Below, in pieces: positions 1-64,000 of a DNA stretch of 64,000 bases. The stretch comes from the human T2T-CHM13v2.0 reference genome, Homo sapiens: NCBI RefSeq assembly GCF_009914755.1, contig NC_060930.1; one strand, 5' to 3'. The notes below the pieces were generated by a model. The model made no database searches and was not told the origin of the DNA. It saw nothing but the letters and a program-made list of their open reading frames with translations. The position numbers were made by a program, and so were the translations under genes. Every line of letters begins with the position of its first letter. Within the stretch, counting starts at the first letter, position 1.

Positions 1-339
1 GTGCAGGTAACAGTGTTACTAACTTTCCACTGCTACATAATGCCGGTCATCTTCTCACTAGCCTTTCTCTAGACTCCACTACACCGTCTCCTCCACACCC
101 TTTTAATTTCCACTTGCTTCCCAGTCCCAAAGCCAGTATCATAGGTTTTCAGTTAAATTATGGCAATAATCTACTTCCAGATACCAATTTTTTTTGTTAT
201 TGCTGGATAACAAACCATCCCAAAATTTAATGGCTTTAAATAATAATCATTTATTATTTCTCATGGTTCTGAGGGTGAGCTGGGTCCAGCTGGGCAGTTG
301 TTCTACCCCATGTGTTACTGACTGGAGCCATCCTATCCC

Positions 340-2390
<2,051 letters not shown>

Positions 2391-3544
2391 GATACAGAAA
2401 TCGGTTCCAGGAGTAGGATGTTTCCATAACAACAGCAACACATTCTATATTATGTGGCATTACCATCCAGTCTGACAGCATGAAATTGTTGTGGAAGACC
2501 TGAAAAGATGGCAATCTATGTGATGCAGTGGGAAAAGTTGTAAAACTATAGCCTGGAATAGATTAAAGGGCATATTATATACCTAATGAGCTCGTACTTT
2601 ATGCAAAGAGGTAGAAAATGAATGTTATGTTATTAGAATAAGTTTATTACTACAGGCCACGTTTGCCAAAGTACTAGAAGAAATAGAGGAGCTCAGAAGA
2701 TATTTGGCTGGTTTGTAAGCAGGAATATAAAAGAATTCAGAGAGAGTCTCAAAACTCAGGGATTTGCACAGTTGGAAGGAATAACTGACTCACATCTTCA
2801 ACTAGTAAAGAAAAAACTGAGAAAGACTTTGAGCAATAAATGATGCTGAAAACTATGTCTACTGGCAAGGACCAGTCAAAAGTATGGTTGTCACACCATT
2901 GTTAGGATCTCCGAATGGAACAAGGTGGTACCCAGCAAATACTTTGAGTTGGAAAAACATCTCAGGGAAGAAAGACGTAGGGTTTGGCTTTTTCTAAGGA
3001 AGCCTGATACGCTCAAAATATCTGCAGTTAACTTTAGAGAGAGAGAAAAAAATGTCTCTAAACAATTGTGGCAAATAGCACTGCTTAGAATCAAATATAT
3101 AATTTGGGATATATTTTGAGAAGTTGACATTGTCAAGGGAATCCCTGGCATGGTCTAAAAGAGAATGTGATTGTTGGAGACAAAATGATCACTGCGCCCC
3201 AGCCTTCTGAAGCTGCATTTCAGGATTGCTATGAATCCTTTATATGTCATCCTTCTTTAAGAATGGGACTATCTATTGCAGTTATCCTTTCCTTGTTCCA
3301 CCATGATATATATTATTTACACAGGCAAGGACCAGATAACTTGTCTTTTTAGTTCAAAGGTATTTGGATCAAAGGGAGCTATACCTGTATCTATAGAGAC
3401 ACCCTTGTGAATCATTTTTAGCTCATGAGCTCTGTGCTAAAAATATTGATGAGATGGAACTTTGGGGTTGTTTTCCTTAAAAATGTGTGAGTGAGTGTGT
3501 TCTGCATATGGGAAAGGAAAGGAACTGTCCCAAAGGGTAAACTA

Positions 3545-4975
<1,431 letters not shown>

Positions 4976-5095
4976 ACATTAGCCTATTTTATTTTTCTTT
5001 ATATTCTCTTTGACCTCTGTCCTGAAAAGATGGGCAGGTGGAATGTCACCTTCTAGTACTTCAAATTCTTACTTTCAGACAGATGCAGTGGCTCA

Positions 5096-5532
<437 letters not shown>

Positions 5533-5726
5533 GTAAGAATAGAATAATTGCAATGATTTGAAGTTAATGGGATTTTTGTGTATATTTGTATGGCTTATCA
5601 TATACACAGATGAATTTTATATATACACACGTACACACATGAATTATAATTCTATCTATATGTTATATGTGAATTTCTATAATTATATAATTCCTATAAG
5701 GACATTAACATATTGGTTATTTCTAG

Positions 5727-5829
5727 GTGATCTTAATTGCACACCTATTGAAATAAACCTGTAGTTTCTAGAAGTGGAAGAAAATTTGCTGAGACGTCAG
5801 CTGGGGATTCTTCCTGGAGAACTCCAGAA
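5727..5829 (+). other. ECT2L: 5'UTR part of the first coding exon of ECT2L
   Basis: Acceptor ggttatttctAG|5727; 103 nt with no ATG before gaaATGg at 5830. Confidence 0.7.
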
Positions 5830-60736
<54,907 letters not shown>

Positions 60737-61477
60737 GTAAGTGTTTCTTTGAAGAAAGTAAACTATGAAAACCAACATTTAAATAAATTCTGTTTGCAGT
60801 TATTATTAATTTTTTTGACCAGTTTATCCCTTTCAGAGCACAGTTCCTCAGAGAAATTACATCAGTTTATAAAAATAGCCACTAAGAGATTCTGGGCCCA
60901 AGATGTGTTAAGTACACAAAACAGACAAGTAGGAAAATCTTCTAGGTTATTTAAAGTTTATTACATTGTGCCCTGTTTTCTGTCTTGTGCTTAATTTCAG
61001 TCAGAAGTGACTTTTTTTTTTTTTTAATAAAACATGTTAGTGGCTTTATATTTCACATAAACTTTACTCAACAGAGAAACCAATTCCTAGTTTCAGGAGA
61101 AATCTGAGAAAGTGTGACCCAGATGTGAAAAGATGACGGGAAAAGGGGCTAGATGAGAGAGGAAGGGAAAGAGAACACAACGGAACGGAAAGAAGCAAAT
61201 CAGTAATTCGGCTGGGGATGGGTGTAGGAGAAACCCAAAGAAACAATTTCATCAGACACAGATCCAAGGTTCTCTCTCATTAAGGTCAGTCTACACTTCA
61301 GAAAACAGTGAGAAGGAGCCAGTCCACATTTCAGAAAATAGTGAGGAGAGGCCAGTCTCCAGACAGCTCTCCCAGCCCCAAAGAGGACAGCATGGCTATA
61401 GGAAAATGCAATGTGGCCAGGCGTGGTGGCTTATGCCTGTAATCCCAGCACTTTGGGAGGCCGAGGCAGGCGGATCA

Positions 61478-61795
<318 letters not shown>

Positions 61796-62722
61796 CTAAA
61801 TTCTCTAGTTTCCAAGGAATTCTCAAGGAGAGTCTCAAATCTTTCTCTTCCACCATCATAATTCTGCTTTGTGGGTGAATTTAACATTGTCTCTGCACAC
61901 ATTCTCTCTCTCCTTATTATTGAGTATCTGCTCCTGTTTCAGTGTGGCTTCCTGGGTCTGCACCAGGCATTTCTGGGCGTAGCTGTCCTGCACTGGGTGG
62001 GGGCTGCGAAGCTGCATTAGCTGTAGTTTGTCTCCTGTGAAGTCTCAGCTCTGCAGTGAGGCTCAGGCAGCCCAATGACGAAAGGCCTTTGGCGAGCCTT
62101 GCTGATAAAATGAGCAGGGATATTCACAGAGGTGCCCCCTCACTGTCTGCCAAAACACTGAAGGATTACTCAGCATGCTTGGTGTCAGTTCAGTGTACTT
62201 ATTTCCACCTAATTATTTAAAAATAACCATGTATGATATAATTTGGATGGTGCTCAAACCTATAGCCTGAGGGGAACCAAATTTGAGAGCCCCAGCATGT
62301 TTTCCCAGCAATTCTGCTACTGCAGCCTCTCTCCCAGGCCTTCTTCCTCCCACTGAAAGACAACAAGATCCTTCCTGTCCCGTTTCCTCATTTGGCCAAG
62401 GGGTTGGTGTGGGCCACTTTGGTTCCAAAGATCTTGAGAGACCCTCCCATAAAATTTTGGTGTCTTAACTGGATTGTGACAAATTGTTGAGAACCAAGAG
62501 TACATATGGTAACTGGAATATGAGATGAACTAGAAAGTCTCATGTACTGACTTGAATTGAGCACTAGTCACTCTGTTTTCTGGACATGTCAATTAATTAG
62601 GTAGAAAGCTGAAATCCCTGCTAAAAAGTGTGCTCTCTCTTCTGCTGCAGTATTGACATCTGTATTTCAGAAGAATGTTTTAAATGGGCATTTTTCTTGC
62701 GGGGGGGTTGGGCATTCTTTAG

Positions 62723-62848
62723 GACAAACCTCTGGAATTTTTGTCGTATTTTCTGCTGAAGAAATGTGGCAAAAAGATCAAAGATGTTGAAGGAAATGTT
62801 ATTCCAACAAAATGTGACCCAAAGACAACATTCAGTTTATTCATGAAG
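62723..62848 (+). CDS. ECT2L: Candidate alternative or vestigial in-frame ECT2L exon: DKPLEFLSYFLLKKCGKKIKDVEGNVIPTKCDPKTTFSLFMK
   Basis: cattctttAG| ... AAG|gtaaag; 126 nt, phase 0-0, no stops; completes a Dpy-30-like motif with the preceding exon. Confidence 0.6.
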
Positions 62849-64000
62849 GTAAAGTTGCTGCTGAATTTTTATGCCATTGCTTTTCTGTAGAGTTAGGCAC
62901 ATGTGATAAAGAAATTCATAAATCATTATATGAGCTCTACTGGGAAGCTTTAACTTGTCATTTCTCCAAAGAATTTTATTTTCATGAAGTATTACTAAAA
63001 TAGGGTGTTTTGTAGTTTCATAATATGAGTAACATTTAAGCCGCTTAAAAGCATAAACTGCAACATGTTAACTTGAGTAACACTATTTGGTTGTGGGGAG
63101 AAAGGTAGAAATTTGCATTTTGCTTTGACATTTATGCAATTGAGCCCTGAGAGAACTTAAGGGGAATTTTTTTTTGAGGGAGGTGAAACTAAGAATAGTT
63201 CTTTTTTTTTCTTAGTTGAGATTCAAATTCATTAAAGAAAAAAATGGGTTTAAAGCGAGTTCTGGCTGGGCGCGGTGGCTCACGCTTGCAATCCCAGCAC
63301 TTTGGGAGGCCCAGGCGGGCAGATCATTTGAGGTCAGGAGTTTGAGACCAGCCTGGCCAACATGGTGAAACCCCGTCTCTACTAAAAATACAAAAATTAG
63401 CTGGGCATCGTGGCATGCCTATAATCCCAGCTACTCAGGAGGCTGAGGCAGGAGAATCACTTGAACCCAGGGGGGTTCAGTGAGCCAAGGTTTGCTTGAA
63501 CCCGGGGAGGTTCAGTGAGCAGAGGTTGCAGTGAGCCAAGATCGCACCACTTTACTCCACCCTGGGTGACAGAGTGAGACTCTGTCGTAAATAAATAAAA
63601 CTAGTTCATCAGGCCAAAAAGAATAATTTTGCCAGTACTATATTAGGAATCCAAGCATTCTTGTTTACATGAAATAACCAGGATTCAAGAAATGCTGAGA
63701 ATTACATTGTCGTTCACATAACTGATTTCTATGTAGGGGAAAATACTGTTTTAGAACCATTTTATGTCCATAGAAAAGTCACCTGTCTTTGATGTTTGAA
63801 GGCGTAGGATGGCAGTCCCTAACACAATCTCACCATGGAGGGCTGCTAGGAGTAAGAGACTTGTGAGCACCTCTAGCAGGCAAATCATTTGTTGCCCTAT
63901 TAACCTGATATTCTGGAAGTATTTGTTAATGCTTCTTTAAAGGACAGTGCAGGGCAGGGCAGGAGCAGACATAGAGAACTGCTGGAGGCAGCATTCCCTC

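Noticed and set aside
1-12. cag|gtaac donor-like site at the window edge
   Set aside because: No upstream context is available to support an exon.
2391-3350. Purine-rich segment, possibly MaLR/ERVL internal sequence or a pseudogene
   Set aside because: No sustained ORF, and I cannot assign a family with confidence.

Overview
Human (primate) genomic DNA, very rich in Alu, L1, L2 and MaLR repeats. The + strand carries the 5' two-thirds of a multi-exon gene I recognise as ECT2L (human 6q24). It has one probable 5'UTR exon and 11 coding exons that join in frame (1578 nt, 526 codons) and encode an F-box region and a DUF4347-like region; the RhoGEF exons lie beyond the window. The ~23.8 kb intron holds a young, sense-oriented processed copy of the atypical chemokine receptor ACKR4 (ACKR4P1/CCRL1P) with an intact 350-aa ORF, a poly(A) tail and a 15-bp target-site duplication (TSD). 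Its 5' end is the first ~95 nt of a young L1, cut exactly at the L1 5'UTR splice donor, so it appears to be a fossil of an L1-promoter-driven, spliced L1-ACKR4 chimeric mRNA. The second main observation is a 126-nt in-frame candidate ECT2L exon (62723-62848) that would complete a Dpy-30/RIIa-type dimerisation-docking motif. Gene names, reference protein sequences and repeat subfamilies are recalled from memory, not database-checked, and repeat boundaries are approximate.
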